Virus record (IMG/VR): IMGVR_UViG_3300025913_000018
Reading direction: 5' to 3' (one strand)
DNA from: a virus
Lineage: Duplodnaviria; Heunggongvirae; Uroviricota; Caudoviricetes
DNA length: 64,000 nucleotides
Positions 45,760 to 54,528 of this stretch are shown in pieces; positions within the stretch are counted from its first letter, which is position 1, and each line of letters opens with the position of its first letter. Both the position numbers and the translations under genes were made by a program. The notes under the pieces were generated by a model. That model saw nothing but the letters and a program-made list of their open reading frames with translations. It was not told the origin of the DNA and did no database searches.

Positions 45760-46613
45760 GACGCAGACGTTCGGGGAGAAGGTGGTCCGAACATCGGAAC
45801 GTACTCGTTCCATCCTTCGGGGAGCTTCGTGTGGGAGCGTCTCTCTCGATTGAACGCGATGAGCTTCGCATCCATGACGGGATCCGTATCGAGGAGGTGG
45901 TAGAAGTCCTCGATCATCCACATCGTCAGCTCCAGGCCGTCGAGGTTCGGGTTGTATCGCGCGTTCGGAAGACCGATCGGGTACCACCCCGTCTTCTTCA
46001 TGAGGTTCCAGTTGTGGTCGATGAGGCATCGATCCGCTTCGAGCATCGGCACGTAGTCGTCCACGAACCTCGTGGCCATGTCCGACTCTCGAACCCAGCG
46101 GGGCCGACTCTTCTTGTGGAGGAGATCGTCGAGACGAGCCGCGATCTGAGGGATCGAACGTCCCCGGAGAGGTCCTTCGAGAAGCCCGATAGCGTTCCGT
46201 GTTTCGAGGAATGGCTTCAGGGACGGGAAGTTCGCGGCGATCGATCCCGCGAGGGCGAACTCGGTGAGGGTGAGGACCGCTACCTCTCCGCACATCTGAG
46301 CGCGCTTGTAGAGGAAGAAGTCGTCCTCGGTCATGTGAGGGCTCGGGATCGGAAGACCCCAGAGCTGGTGGAGGCAGTCGTGAGCCCGGTAGAAACACGA
46401 CTTCACCGCCGTCTCCAACTGGTCCTTCCCCGTTCGAACCGTCGGAGAGATCGGAGTCCATCGCGGGGCCCACGGTACGGGCTCCTTGGACATCGTAGCC
46501 CCAGATTCCAGAATGCGGGCGGCGACTGCGTCCCACTCTCGCGGAAAGACGAGGTGCATGAACGTCGAGAGGTCTCGCGTGTCGAACGCCTTCAGGAAGT
46601 TCATCTCGTTCAT
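45756..46613 (-). CDS. hypothetical protein (285 aa)
   Basis: MNEMNFLKAFDTRDLSTFMHLVFPREWD... Confidence 0.55.
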   Translation of the reverse strand: MNEMNFLKAFDTRDLSTFMHLVFPREWDAVAARILESGATMSKEPVPWAPRWTPISPTVRTGKDQLETAVKSCFYRAHDCLHQLWGLPIPSPHMTEDDFFLYKRAQMCGEVAVLTLTEFALAGSIAANFPSLKPFLETRNAIGLLEGPLRGRSIPQIAARLDDLLHKKSRPRWVRESDMATRFVDDYVPMLEADRCLIDHNWNLMKKTGWYPIGLPNARYNPNLDGLELTMWMIEDFYHLLDTDPVMDAKLIAFNRERRSHTKLPEGWNEYVPMFGPPSPRTSAS

Positions 46614-47107
46614 CGGTCGAACCCTCTCCGAACGATCAGGTGGTTCCCCTTACTCTCTGGAGAGAAGGCGGTCCCCGGAAGCGTTGCCTCGACCGTGAAG
46701 GTCGAGAACAGCTCGTCTCGAAGCTTCTCCGGGATCAACAAGAGCACGTCCTCGATCTCGTTCGCGTAGATCCACGCGAGAAGGAACGGAAGAAGCTCGT
46801 AGGGCGGATTGCTGATTACGCAGACCTTGGACTTGGACTGGACCTCCTCGCCCGGATAGACCCCGCTGTAAGCGATCCGCGTCCCTCTGAAATCCATCTC
46901 CCTCAAAAGGAGATACGGGTGGGTCAGCTTACACAACCCGGGCTCGATCTCCCAGGCAGTGACGATCGGGCCCCGATCGAGGATCAGCTTCGTGAGGACC
47001 CCGGTCCCCGCTCCGATCTCGAATACGTGGCGCCCCTTCAAGTCCAATCGGGAGAGGACGCGTTCGTGGTACGAGGTATCCCGGAGCATATGCTGTTCGA
47101 GGTTCAC
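46610..47107 (-). CDS. small SAM-dependent methyltransferase with NPPY motif (N6-adenine / N4-cytosine DNA MTase-like or HemK-like)
   Basis: Motif I VFEIGAGTGVLT, then motif IV VISNPPYE. Confidence 0.65.
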   Translation of the reverse strand: MNLEQHMLRDTSYHERVLSRLDLKGRHVFEIGAGTGVLTKLILDRGPIVTAWEIEPGLCKLTHPYLLLREMDFRGTRIAYSGVYPGEEVQSKSKVCVISNPPYELLPFLLAWIYANEIEDVLLLIPEKLRDELFSTFTVEATLPGTAFSPESKGNHLIVRRGFDR

Positions 47108-47409
47108 AGTCTCCGCTTACCCTTTATTCCGGGGAGGAAACCGAAGTCCACGGAGTCCTGCCTCAACCGTTCGAACCCAGCGAGTAGCTCGGGCTTCTCA
47201 AGCCCCATCGCTCGAAGTTCCTCGACCCGACGACCGTGAGCGGCGTTGAAACGCTTCACGTACTTGATTCGAGCGATGTGGATCCCCTCGTAGTCACCGT
47301 CGCTGTCTCCGCAACGAAGCGTTCTCACCTTGTGAGCGTTGCACCAGGTAACCGGACAGTAGACAGGGTGGTCCTTCACCCAACCGTCCTCGTCGGTATC
47401 CAGATCCAT
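47104..47409 (-). CDS. hypothetical protein
   Basis: MDLDTDEDGWVKDHPVYCPVTWCNAHK... Confidence 0.45.
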   Translation of the reverse strand: MDLDTDEDGWVKDHPVYCPVTWCNAHKVRTLRCGDSDGDYEGIHIARIKYVKRFNAAHGRRVEELRAMGLEKPELLAGFERLRQDSVDFGFLPGIKGKRRL

Positions 47410-47423
47410 TTTGAGATCTGAGT

Positions 47424-48044
47424 TCACTTTCGGTTCTGTTCCACGAGGGCCTGAGAGAACCGGGGCTCCGCGAGTCCGGTTCCGTACGCCCACTTCAGCG
47501 ACGTCGAGATGGCGTCGTAGGGACCGGGAACCGATCGAACGCCGTAGGAGCCGACCTCGATCCCGCCCACGTACAGGTCGTTTCCGTTCTGAGTGATGAC
47601 GCGCTTCATAGAGGCGCCTTCCTCATGGAAGAACTCAGCCGCATCCGCAATGAGCTTCGAGAAGCCCTCCTGAGGATCCGGGTTCGGAACGAACAGCTCC
47701 ACCTTCATGAAGGTCTTCTGGTGAATGGCGGAACGAGGGTCGCCCCGGAAGCACGGGCTGACCCCGACGATCGGCGTGACGGGATCTATCGCCATGCGTC
47801 TCAACAGCCAGAGGAAGGACTGCTCGGCCGAACCCACCAGCTCCCCGAACGCCCGATCGCCGACGGAGATCTGGTAAGGGGTTGCCCCCGGTGGGAGAGT
47901 CTCGCGGACGATTTCCGCGGGGACCACCCAAGGCGCCTCGGCGTACGCGTAGCCCAGGCTCCGGTAGAACTCGACCGCCCGACCGATCCGAGACCAGTCG
48001 ATCGGGACGTTGTCAAGGAATTCGAGGGGTTCGGGTTCCGTCAC
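47424..48044 (-). CDS. class II aminoacyl-tRNA-synthetase-like catalytic core (AsnA/PoxA-like), truncated
   Basis: Motif-2-like SPCFRGDPRSAIHQKTFMKVELF. Only ~206 aa; no anticodon-binding domain. GTG start with AAGGAGG SD. Confidence 0.45.
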   Translation of the reverse strand: MTEPEPLEFLDNVPIDWSRIGRAVEFYRSLGYAYAEAPWVVPAEIVRETLPPGATPYQISVGDRAFGELVGSAEQSFLWLLRRMAIDPVTPIVGVSPCFRGDPRSAIHQKTFMKVELFVPNPDPQEGFSKLIADAAEFFHEEGASMKRVITQNGNDLYVGGIEVGSYGVRSVPGPYDAISTSLKWAYGTGLAEPRFSQALVEQNRK

Positions 48045-48267
48045 GGAAGACCTCCTTCGTCCGCTCGTTCATCTGCCTCAGATCATCCATCGAGACGCCG
48101 AGCTTCTCCGCGTACCCCTCGATCGCCCCGTAGAGGTCGGCCAGCTCGCAGAGTTCCATGATGAAGATGCCCTGCTCGTTCGAGTCCTCCAGCTCCTCAA
48201 GTTCCTCTCGAATCTTGGAGATCTCCCCGTAGACTCCCGGCGCGATTTCTCGTTTGTGGTACCCCAC
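48013..48267 (-). CDS. MazG-like nucleotide pyrophosphohydrolase domain protein (small)
   Basis: IREELEELEDSNEQGIFIMELCELADLYGAIEGYAEKLG resembles the MazG EExxE...D helix pair; GTG start after GGGCGTAAAGAGG. Confidence 0.45.
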   Translation of the reverse strand: MGYHKREIAPGVYGEISKIREELEELEDSNEQGIFIMELCELADLYGAIEGYAEKLGVSMDDLRQMNERTKEVFRDGTRTPRIP

Positions 48268-48308
48268 GTCCTCTTTACGCCCCTCGCCTCTCTCGGTAAG
48301 GTTCGAAC

Positions 48309-48542
48309 ATGAGCACCGCCAATTGGAAAGTCCCCTTCCGCCAGGTCTACACGAACTCGTTCCGCGAGTGGGTGAAGTGGAGCATCTGGTGTCACTTCGT
48401 GATCCGGGTCTTCCCGGGCGCGCGAGACCTGAAGTCCGACGCTCTTCAGGACTACTACCGTGAGAACCCGGCGGAGATGTACAACCAGTACCGCTACGTT
48501 TGGGGCCACGGCGAGGACACGCGTCCGGACGCCGTAGCCTGA
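48309..48542 (+). CDS. hypothetical Trp-rich protein (plus strand)
   Basis: GGTAAGG SD then ATG; strand switch. Confidence 0.5.
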   Translation: MSTANWKVPFRQVYTNSFREWVKWSIWCHFVIRVFPGARDLKSDALQDYYRENPAEMYNQYRYVWGHGEDTRPDAVA

Positions 48543-48550
48543 GTCTCCGG

Positions 48551-48831
48551 TGGGACCTAGGAAAGCGACGGTAGGGCCGGGGTCTACCCGCCATCTCGTG
48601 AAGGACCGTTACGGGGTCTTTCACGAACCTCATCCGCTTATGTTCTCCTCGGAACGCATCTCTCGGATCCGAAAACGCCTCCTGGTTCTCCTAGCAGACA
48701 ACGCCGAGGCTGTGGAGACGGCGGGTCGCGTGTACTACAACGAAACCCGGGATCAACTGGAATTCGAGGGCAACCCTCCCAGCGACAATCCTCCCGGCCT
48801 TACCCTTCTGTGGGAAAAGCCGCCCGCCTAA
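48551..48831 (+). CDS. hypothetical protein (plus strand)
   Basis: 93 aa, immediately after the previous gene. Confidence 0.45.
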
Positions 48832-50108
48832 GGCAGGTACGAGACCATCGCCCGGAACGCCCCTTCCAACCCTCCTCCGAAGAGAGAGTCGAGGGTGACG
48901 GGGTGTTGGTCTTTCCGTCGTCGAGGCGTCGGGAACTTCGGCTCGTTCGGAGCGATCAACACGAGCAAGTAGTGGAGGGACGTAGGCCTCACCGAGAAGC
49001 CGTCGTCGCGAAGACGATCGATGATCCTCGCGAGCGCGGAGATCGTCGCTCTCGTCGGATAGAAAGCGGATCGACCTTCGAGGGGTCTCTCGTATTTCGA
49101 GGTCGTCGCCTCCAGCACCGAGAGAGGGATCGGAGGTCGGACTCCAGGTCCCGCCTTAGCCCTGTTCATGAGGTAGTTTCGGTCGTTCGTCCAATCCTTC
49201 GTTCTTTGGTCGGCGGAGATCTTCTGACGCTTGCCCAGCTCCAACCTAGCGCGGTAGGAGTCGAGAGATCGATGCGTTTGTCGGAGATTGTCCGGAGAGG
49301 GACCCACCTCGAAAGTGCGACGGTATGGGTAGCCCTCCGGCGGTTTGTCTAGCCAGTGACGCGGATCTCCGAGCGCTAGCTCGTTCATGAACTCGATCTC
49401 GTCGTGGACGACGAACTTCGCGAATCCGTTCGTCAAGCTTCCGTCGGCGAGAGTCTCCACCGACTCGAACAGAAGTCGGATTCCCTCCTCAGTGTTAGAG
49501 CGGTCGATCGGCCAAGGGTGATCGATGTTACCTCCGCTGGCCCTCGCCTGACAGGTGGCGCAGACGTGGTCACCTACCTTCGGTTTCTTTTCCCAAGCGT
49601 CGGAGATCGCAAAGCGACACAGCGTCATCTTCCCGTCGTAGGAGGCGTGGTCTCGGGTAACCGTCGATCTCGTGCTGTGAGTGTTCGTTCCTCGCCTTCG
49701 GAACCAGAGCAAATTGGGTGGGGGGCGAACTGGTTGCTCTGGGTGAGCGATCTCCTCGGCGATTGCTTCGGGAGAGTCACCCACCGTCTCTCCGATGTCG
49801 ACCAAGTAGGCGAGACCCTCGGACTCGCCCCAGATCCACGATCCCACCTTCACTCCCGGATACAAAGTCCGGTGCCAGGCCGGTCCCTTGTACATGGGGA
49901 GCCTCGCCACGGACAGGACCGAGAGGAGCTTCGCCTCTTCGACTCCGAAGCGAACGCGGAGGCGGCGACCACGCTGAAGAGAATGGAGACCGACGAGAAG
50001 CGACTTCACGTCAGAAGCAATCGGAGTGGACGACTCTGGACGATCCGTCGGATGGGCGACCCTGAACCCCTGGATTCTCTGAGTGGTGGCTACTAGCTCA
50101 TTCGGCAA
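48828..50108 (-). CDS. hypothetical protein (426 aa)
   Basis: Long ORF, no recognisable motif; convergent with the plus-strand pair. Confidence 0.55.
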   Translation of the reverse strand: MPNELVATTQRIQGFRVAHPTDRPESSTPIASDVKSLLVGLHSLQRGRRLRVRFGVEEAKLLSVLSVARLPMYKGPAWHRTLYPGVKVGSWIWGESEGLAYLVDIGETVGDSPEAIAEEIAHPEQPVRPPPNLLWFRRRGTNTHSTRSTVTRDHASYDGKMTLCRFAISDAWEKKPKVGDHVCATCQARASGGNIDHPWPIDRSNTEEGIRLLFESVETLADGSLTNGFAKFVVHDEIEFMNELALGDPRHWLDKPPEGYPYRRTFEVGPSPDNLRQTHRSLDSYRARLELGKRQKISADQRTKDWTNDRNYLMNRAKAGPGVRPPIPLSVLEATTSKYERPLEGRSAFYPTRATISALARIIDRLRDDGFSVRPTSLHYLLVLIAPNEPKFPTPRRRKDQHPVTLDSLFGGGLEGAFRAMVSYLP

Positions 50109-50175
50109 GAGAAGATCCTAGAACTTTCTACGAGGTCTCTACCTTCACCCGAACGATCGGGCGAGGCGACGGCTC

Positions 50176-50601
50176 CTACACGTTGTACTTGCCGTCGCGG
50201 ACGTCCTTCACGAATTGGGCGACCTTCTGGCGAGCTTCTTTCACGCTCTCCAACTCGCGTAGAGCCGCCTTACGGATCGCCTCGATCAGAGCGGGGATCT
50301 GCTGAGCCGCCGCGATCCGATCAGCCCGAGAAGCACTCGTGACTGGCACTTCGTCGTTCTGTTGAGCCACGTAGAGACCCCACTCCCGTCCCTTCTTCTT
50401 GAAGGTCAGGATGGCCCCCGGTCGAAGGTCGACCTCGGCCCACACCCCGTACCGCATCTCTTCGATGACCTGTTCGGCTTGCCTCAGGGCCATGTTGAGA
50501 GCGTCGGTCTCCTCTTGAAGGAGGTCGCCGGTGACTTCTCCCGAGATCTCGGGCTTCGAGGTCTCGGGATCCTTGGGCTTCTGGCGTCGAACGACGGTCA
50601 T
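50176..50601 (-). CDS. hypothetical protein
   Basis: 141 aa. Confidence 0.55.
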   Translation of the reverse strand: MTVVRRQKPKDPETSKPEISGEVTGDLLQEETDALNMALRQAEQVIEEMRYGVWAEVDLRPGAILTFKKKGREWGLYVAQQNDEVPVTSASRADRIAAAQQIPALIEAIRKAALRELESVKEARQKVAQFVKDVRDGKYNV

Positions 50602-50741
50602 GTCAACCTCAGCATCTTCACGTTGTTACGCTGCGGGCTCAAGGATTGGCCTAAGAGACCCGAGGCGGGACTCGGACGACCGTAGACCCGGTCCCGATCG
50701 AAACGGCTCCTAGGGGCGCGTAGGAGGGGGGTAACACCTGT

Positions 50742-51113
50742 ATGGATCAAGACCAACCCCTCGTCCCCGTCGACCTCGATTCCCTCCCTCGACCGAGCGG
50801 TTACTCGGACTGGCCGATCGACCGAACGGTCCCCCCGATCGCGATCGGACAGAAGATCTACCTTCGGACGTCCTGTTCGATCGGTCACGGAGAGACCGAC
50901 GTCCGAGGAGGCCTGGCCACCGTGAAGAGGGTCTCGCTGGGAGGAAGCGCCGGAAAGCTTCAGCCCTTCATCGAAACGAAGGAAGTCCCTGGTCACGGGT
51001 ACAACTGGGCTTCTCTCGCGGAGCAACAGGAGGAACTGAAGAAGCGATTCGGAGACTCCGCCGCCCTTCCGGATCCTGACTACCGCCCCGAGTTCAATAC
51101 GGGACGACTCTAG
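50742..51113 (+). CDS. hypothetical protein (plus strand)
   Basis: GGAGGGGGG SD; divergent from 50176..50601. Confidence 0.5.
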   Translation: MDQDQPLVPVDLDSLPRPSGYSDWPIDRTVPPIAIGQKIYLRTSCSIGHGETDVRGGLATVKRVSLGGSAGKLQPFIETKEVPGHGYNWASLAEQQEELKKRFGDSAALPDPDYRPEFNTGRL

Positions 51114-51114
51114 C

Positions 51115-51387
51115 ATGAGGTCCGCTGACGGGGAAGAGTGCGAGAGGCTGGAGAAGCTCTTGCTTTCGAAAGAGCAGCTTCGTGTCGTCAACAACGAAGG
51201 GTACGAACGCGAAAAGGGAGAGCGAAGCCCTCGGTGGGACCTCGACCCTCCCCAACGCGAGAACTACGAGTCCCCGATCCGGTACATCCTCGCCCTTCGA
51301 GACTACGCGAATCGCGTCTTGGCGAGCGAGCCTAGACCTTCACCCGGAAGGTCTTCACGATCAGGTCGCGAACCGAAGCCGACCTGA
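51115..51387 (+). CDS. hypothetical protein (plus strand)
   Basis: Overlaps the previous stop as TAGCATG. Confidence 0.4.
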   Translation: MRSADGEECERLEKLLLSKEQLRVVNNEGYEREKGERSPRWDLDPPQRENYESPIRYILALRDYANRVLASEPRPSPGRSSRSGREPKPT

Positions 51388-51613
51388 ACTTCAGGTCGTC
51401 CATCGCACCTCGGTACGGGGCGAACCCTCGGACCCCACCCTCTTCGAGACCGGCGAGGAACCCCGCGTTGTGGCGGTACGCGCCCCAGCGAAGAAGAGCG
51501 TCCCCGAGGTTCCCCTTCTTCGCAGCGGCTTCCGCCTCATCGAGCGCCTTCTTTGCATCTTCGAAGGTGGCGCGGATGAGGGGGTTGGTCGGGGTCGTTG
51601 CTGTGGACGTCAT
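51332..51613 (-). CDS. hypothetical protein
   Basis: 93 aa. Confidence 0.45.
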   Translation of the reverse strand: MTSTATTPTNPLIRATFEDAKKALDEAEAAAKKGNLGDALLRWGAYRHNAGFLAGLEEGGVRGFAPYRGAMDDLKFRSASVRDLIVKTFRVKV

Positions 51614-52146
51614 TCCTCGCCTCCGTTCATGATCTGCAGACGACTCGGGTCGTTGGACTGCCCCGCGCGCGGCTCACGGGACTTCGATTCGGTGAGGGCC
51701 GGGTAGCGAACCGCCGTCAGCTTGTGCCAGGCCTCGTGAGCCGCACGCGCCTCGGCTCGACAATCCGTGAGGTCGTCCAGGTTCATAGCGACGCTCCTCA
51801 TGTAGACGAGGGTCGAGGCGACGCGCGACATCGAGTTCCCCGCGCTGACGGCGCGCGCGATGTCGAAGTGTTCGGTTCGATCGAAGCGAGGCGTCACCCA
51901 CGCCTTCGTCGGAGGTTCCTCCCAGACATTCCAGACCAGGACCCCCTGGACGAGTTTGTTCTCGGACGAGAGGATGAAGGAGAACCCCGAGGGTCCCACT
52001 CGAATGTCGTCGAGGATGATGTTCTTCGTCCCCACGATGTAGTGCTCGTGGATCTGAGCGAGGGCGCTCAGGACGCGATTCGACGGGAGGCTTCGGAACT
52101 CCCGGCTGGCGAAGATGATCGAGAGTTGCTGAGAATCGAAGCTCAT
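51610..52146 (-). CDS. hypothetical protein
   Basis: MSFDSQQLSIIFASREFRSLPSN... Confidence 0.5.
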   Translation of the reverse strand: MSFDSQQLSIIFASREFRSLPSNRVLSALAQIHEHYIVGTKNIILDDIRVGPSGFSFILSSENKLVQGVLVWNVWEEPPTKAWVTPRFDRTEHFDIARAVSAGNSMSRVASTLVYMRSVAMNLDDLTDCRAEARAAHEAWHKLTAVRYPALTESKSREPRAGQSNDPSRLQIMNGGEE

Positions 52147-52499
52147 GAGGAGATCTCCGCGGACGAGGTTGAGGTTGACGTTTCGTTCTTCGAGGGGGCG
52201 ACCACCGCCAGAGCGACGCTGATCAGCTCGTCGATGTCCTTCTGGGGGAAGCTCTTCGCGCTGACGTTCTTCTCGACGTAGCGCGGGCCGGACCCGAGAC
52301 ACTCCCCCGGAATCGAATGGACGTCCCTCCACTGGCCGCCGTCCCACCGTTCGATCCGGCCGTAGCTCTGATCGACGTAGGCGTTGAAGCGGAACTTCAT
52401 CCGGAACCGATGGTTCCCAGAAGCGAAGATCCGCTCCAGGAACCACGACTGCTCGCCGTTCCAGACGCGCTCGTACAGAACCTTCATCTTCTTCGTCAT
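52143..52499 (-). CDS. hypothetical protein
   Basis: MTKKMKVLYERVWNGEQSWFLERIF... Confidence 0.5.
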   Translation of the reverse strand: MTKKMKVLYERVWNGEQSWFLERIFASGNHRFRMKFRFNAYVDQSYGRIERWDGGQWRDVHSIPGECLGSGPRYVEKNVSAKSFPQKDIDELISVALAVVAPSKNETSTSTSSAEISS

Positions 52500-52750
52500 G
52501 CCGCCACCTTCTCCTCGTCGAGCGAAGCGAGTCCGATGTCGATCGCGGCCTGGCGATCCTTCCGCCACGCGAGTGTGATCGGGGACTCCGAGACCTCCGT
52601 CGTGGCGATCTGCCACGAGTAACCCGAAGGAGTCACGCCCGAAGCCTTCTCGGCCCAGTAGCGACGTACGAGAAGGAACTTCCCGACGGCCTCCCACGAC
52701 GTGTGGGCGGTTCCGCTCTCCGGGTTCGTGGTCCAGTTTCCAGTTTCCAT
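52496..52750 (-). CDS. hypothetical protein
   Basis: METGNWTTNPESGTAHTSWEAVGKF...; GGCGGAGGACGAGACG SD. Confidence 0.45.
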   Translation of the reverse strand: METGNWTTNPESGTAHTSWEAVGKFLLVRRYWAEKASGVTPSGYSWQIATTEVSESPITLAWRKDRQAAIDIGLASLDEEKVAA

Positions 52751-52769
52751 CGTCTCGTCCTCCGCCCCT

Positions 52770-52799
52770 GTAACGAACCAGTCGCGGTTCGTTACACTC
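52770..52799 (-). promoter_or_regulatory. conserved 30-bp motif, instance l - perfectly palindromic variant (GTAACGAACC-AGTCGC-GGTTCGTTAC)
   Basis: The 10-6-10 inverted repeat suggests a dimeric DNA-binding protein half-site GTAACGAAC. Confidence 0.55.
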
Positions 52800-53056
52800 A
52801 CTTTTTCTTGGCGTAGTAGACGATCGTGCAGCGATTCCCGCGGGTGACTGCGACGTACTGAGCGAAGATGTTCTTGCGCTGATCGCTCACGTCGTCGAAG
52901 GCGCCCGGATCCTTGAGGGCCTTCTCCACGAGTTTCAAGGCGCGAGTGACCGCGCCCTTGCTGTTCGGGTCAGCTACCTCGTGGTAGTTCCCTGAGCAGC
53001 CGCAGCAGCACTTGTTGGCCTTCCCGAAGTAGACCCTCTCGACCACCAGATTCATG
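52798..53056 (-). CDS. Cys-rich hypothetical protein
   Basis: MNLVVERVYFGKANKCCCGCSGNYHE... Confidence 0.45.
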
Positions 53057-53080
53057 GATTCCACTGTAGCCTCCGCTCAT

Positions 53081-53110
53081 GTAACGAACGAGGACGGAGC
53101 TTCTACACTC
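53081..53110 (-). promoter_or_regulatory. conserved 30-bp promoter-like motif, instance m
   Basis: Plus strand gtaacgaacga-N11-ctacactc. Confidence 0.6.
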
Positions 53111-53639
53111 ACGTGTCGATCAAGGCCCGGGTCGACCAGTAGACGATCGACTTCGCGAACTGCTCGGCCGTGAAATCCCCTTTCGTTCCGCCAGGAAGCT
53201 CCAGGAAGTTCCGGGCCATCGTCATCGGGTCCATCGGCTCTTCCTCCTCGGTCTCCCGAGCGTTGATCGAGACGATCTCCCAAACCGCGTCGGTCGTTGC
53301 CTCCGCGCCCAAGACGGTCTTCGAGTAGAGAACCACGAAGACGAACTTCGCTGGGGCCTTCCCGCCCTTCGCTCGGACGCTGAGGAACTTCGCTTCCCCT
53401 TCGCGACGCGCTTGGAAGATCGCCCGAAGCTCGGTCTCGGAGGTCACCGGTACCGTGCTGCTCCAGAATCCTTCCGGAGGAACAGGGACGAGGGCGACTC
53501 CCTTCTTGTAGCCCTCCTTCGCCCTGAAGAAGTTCGCCTCCACGAGAGCGACGAGATCCTCCCACGTCCCTTCGTAGTGGGAGTAGGGAGCCTCGGGCGT
53601 TTGCCGGAGGACGAACTTGTTCACGCCGATCTTGGTCAT
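53109..53639 (-). CDS. hypothetical protein
   Basis: MTKIGVNKFVLRQTPEAPYSHYEG... Confidence 0.5.
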   Translation of the reverse strand: MTKIGVNKFVLRQTPEAPYSHYEGTWEDLVALVEANFFRAKEGYKKGVALVPVPPEGFWSSTVPVTSETELRAIFQARREGEAKFLSVRAKGGKAPAKFVFVVLYSKTVLGAEATTDAVWEIVSINARETEEEEPMDPMTMARNFLELPGGTKGDFTAEQFAKSIVYWSTRALIDT

Positions 53640-54133
53640 GGGACTGTTACTCCGAAGGCGCCCAAGATCTTGGAGGTGAAGTCCTTCGGGAGGCTCGGGA
53701 AGCGTTCCGCGAAGGCCGAAACCTTGTCGAGAGGATCTCTCTCCAACCCCAGGTAATCGGCGACGGTCTCGCCCCCTTCCTTCCCCCAGAAGTAGACGGC
53801 GAGGCTCCAGTGAAGCTCGCAGACCCGATCCTCTTCCCATTGAGCGTCCTCGCCCGAGACGACTCTAGGAGCCGCGGAAGGGTTCGCCGGGTCCGGGCCG
53901 AGCCCGAACTCGGGAAGGTGCCTACGGGCTGGCGAGGAGAGGAGAACGTGGGCGACGTCGTGGAGGGAGAGGATGATATCGCTCTCCGAGGTTCGAAGCA
54001 GTCCCGAACCGTCCCAGGTGTATCGAGTGAAGGGGGAGACCTTCCACCGGATCCGATACGAGGGATCGATCGACCGAACGAGCCGAAGCGCGAGCTTTCG
54101 GACCCTTCGAACGTCGCTCGGGAGAATGATCAT
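53636..54133 (-). CDS. hypothetical protein
   Basis: 165 aa. Confidence 0.5.
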   Translation of the reverse strand: MIILPSDVRRVRKLALRLVRSIDPSYRIRWKVSPFTRYTWDGSGLLRTSESDIILSLHDVAHVLLSSPARRHLPEFGLGPDPANPSAAPRVVSGEDAQWEEDRVCELHWSLAVYFWGKEGGETVADYLGLERDPLDKVSAFAERFPSLPKDFTSKILGAFGVTVP

Positions 54134-54492
54134 GGGGCCGACCGGCGGAAGATCATCCCACCCGAACGGGCAAGAAGAAGGGTGAGGTGACCGACGGCAC
54201 GGCTGATCTCTTCGGGCGTCGTCGGAGCCCCCTGGAGCGAAGCCTCGGGCCCGCCGTCCGAGAATCGAAAGCGAGGCTCACCTTCGATGATGTCCACGCG
54301 GACGGAGACCGTCCCGAAGATGCGGCTCCCCGAGAGGTGCTGCTCGGCGGCCACGAAGATCTCCTCGGTCGGGCTTCCTTCCCGCCCTGCGGCGAGGGAG
54401 TGGAGACCGACGGCGATCGCCGCCGACCCACAGAAGCCATCGTCGTATCCGAGGCCAGGGACGTCGGAGCGAGGGAACAGGAGGGTGGTCAT
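54130..54492 (-). CDS. hypothetical protein
   Basis: MTTLLFPRSDVPGLGYDDGFCG...; motif n 6 nt upstream. Confidence 0.5.
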   Translation of the reverse strand: MTTLLFPRSDVPGLGYDDGFCGSAAIAVGLHSLAAGREGSPTEEIFVAAEQHLSGSRIFGTVSVRVDIIEGEPRFRFSDGGPEASLQGAPTTPEEISRAVGHLTLLLARSGGMIFRRSAP

Positions 54493-54498
54493 GCCTAC

Positions 54499-54528
54499 GT
54501 AACGAACGAGAGCGCGACCTCTACACTC
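54499..54528 (-). promoter_or_regulatory. conserved 30-bp promoter-like motif, instance n
   Basis: Plus strand gtaacgaacga-N11-ctacactc; overlaps the stop of the upstream gene. Confidence 0.6.
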
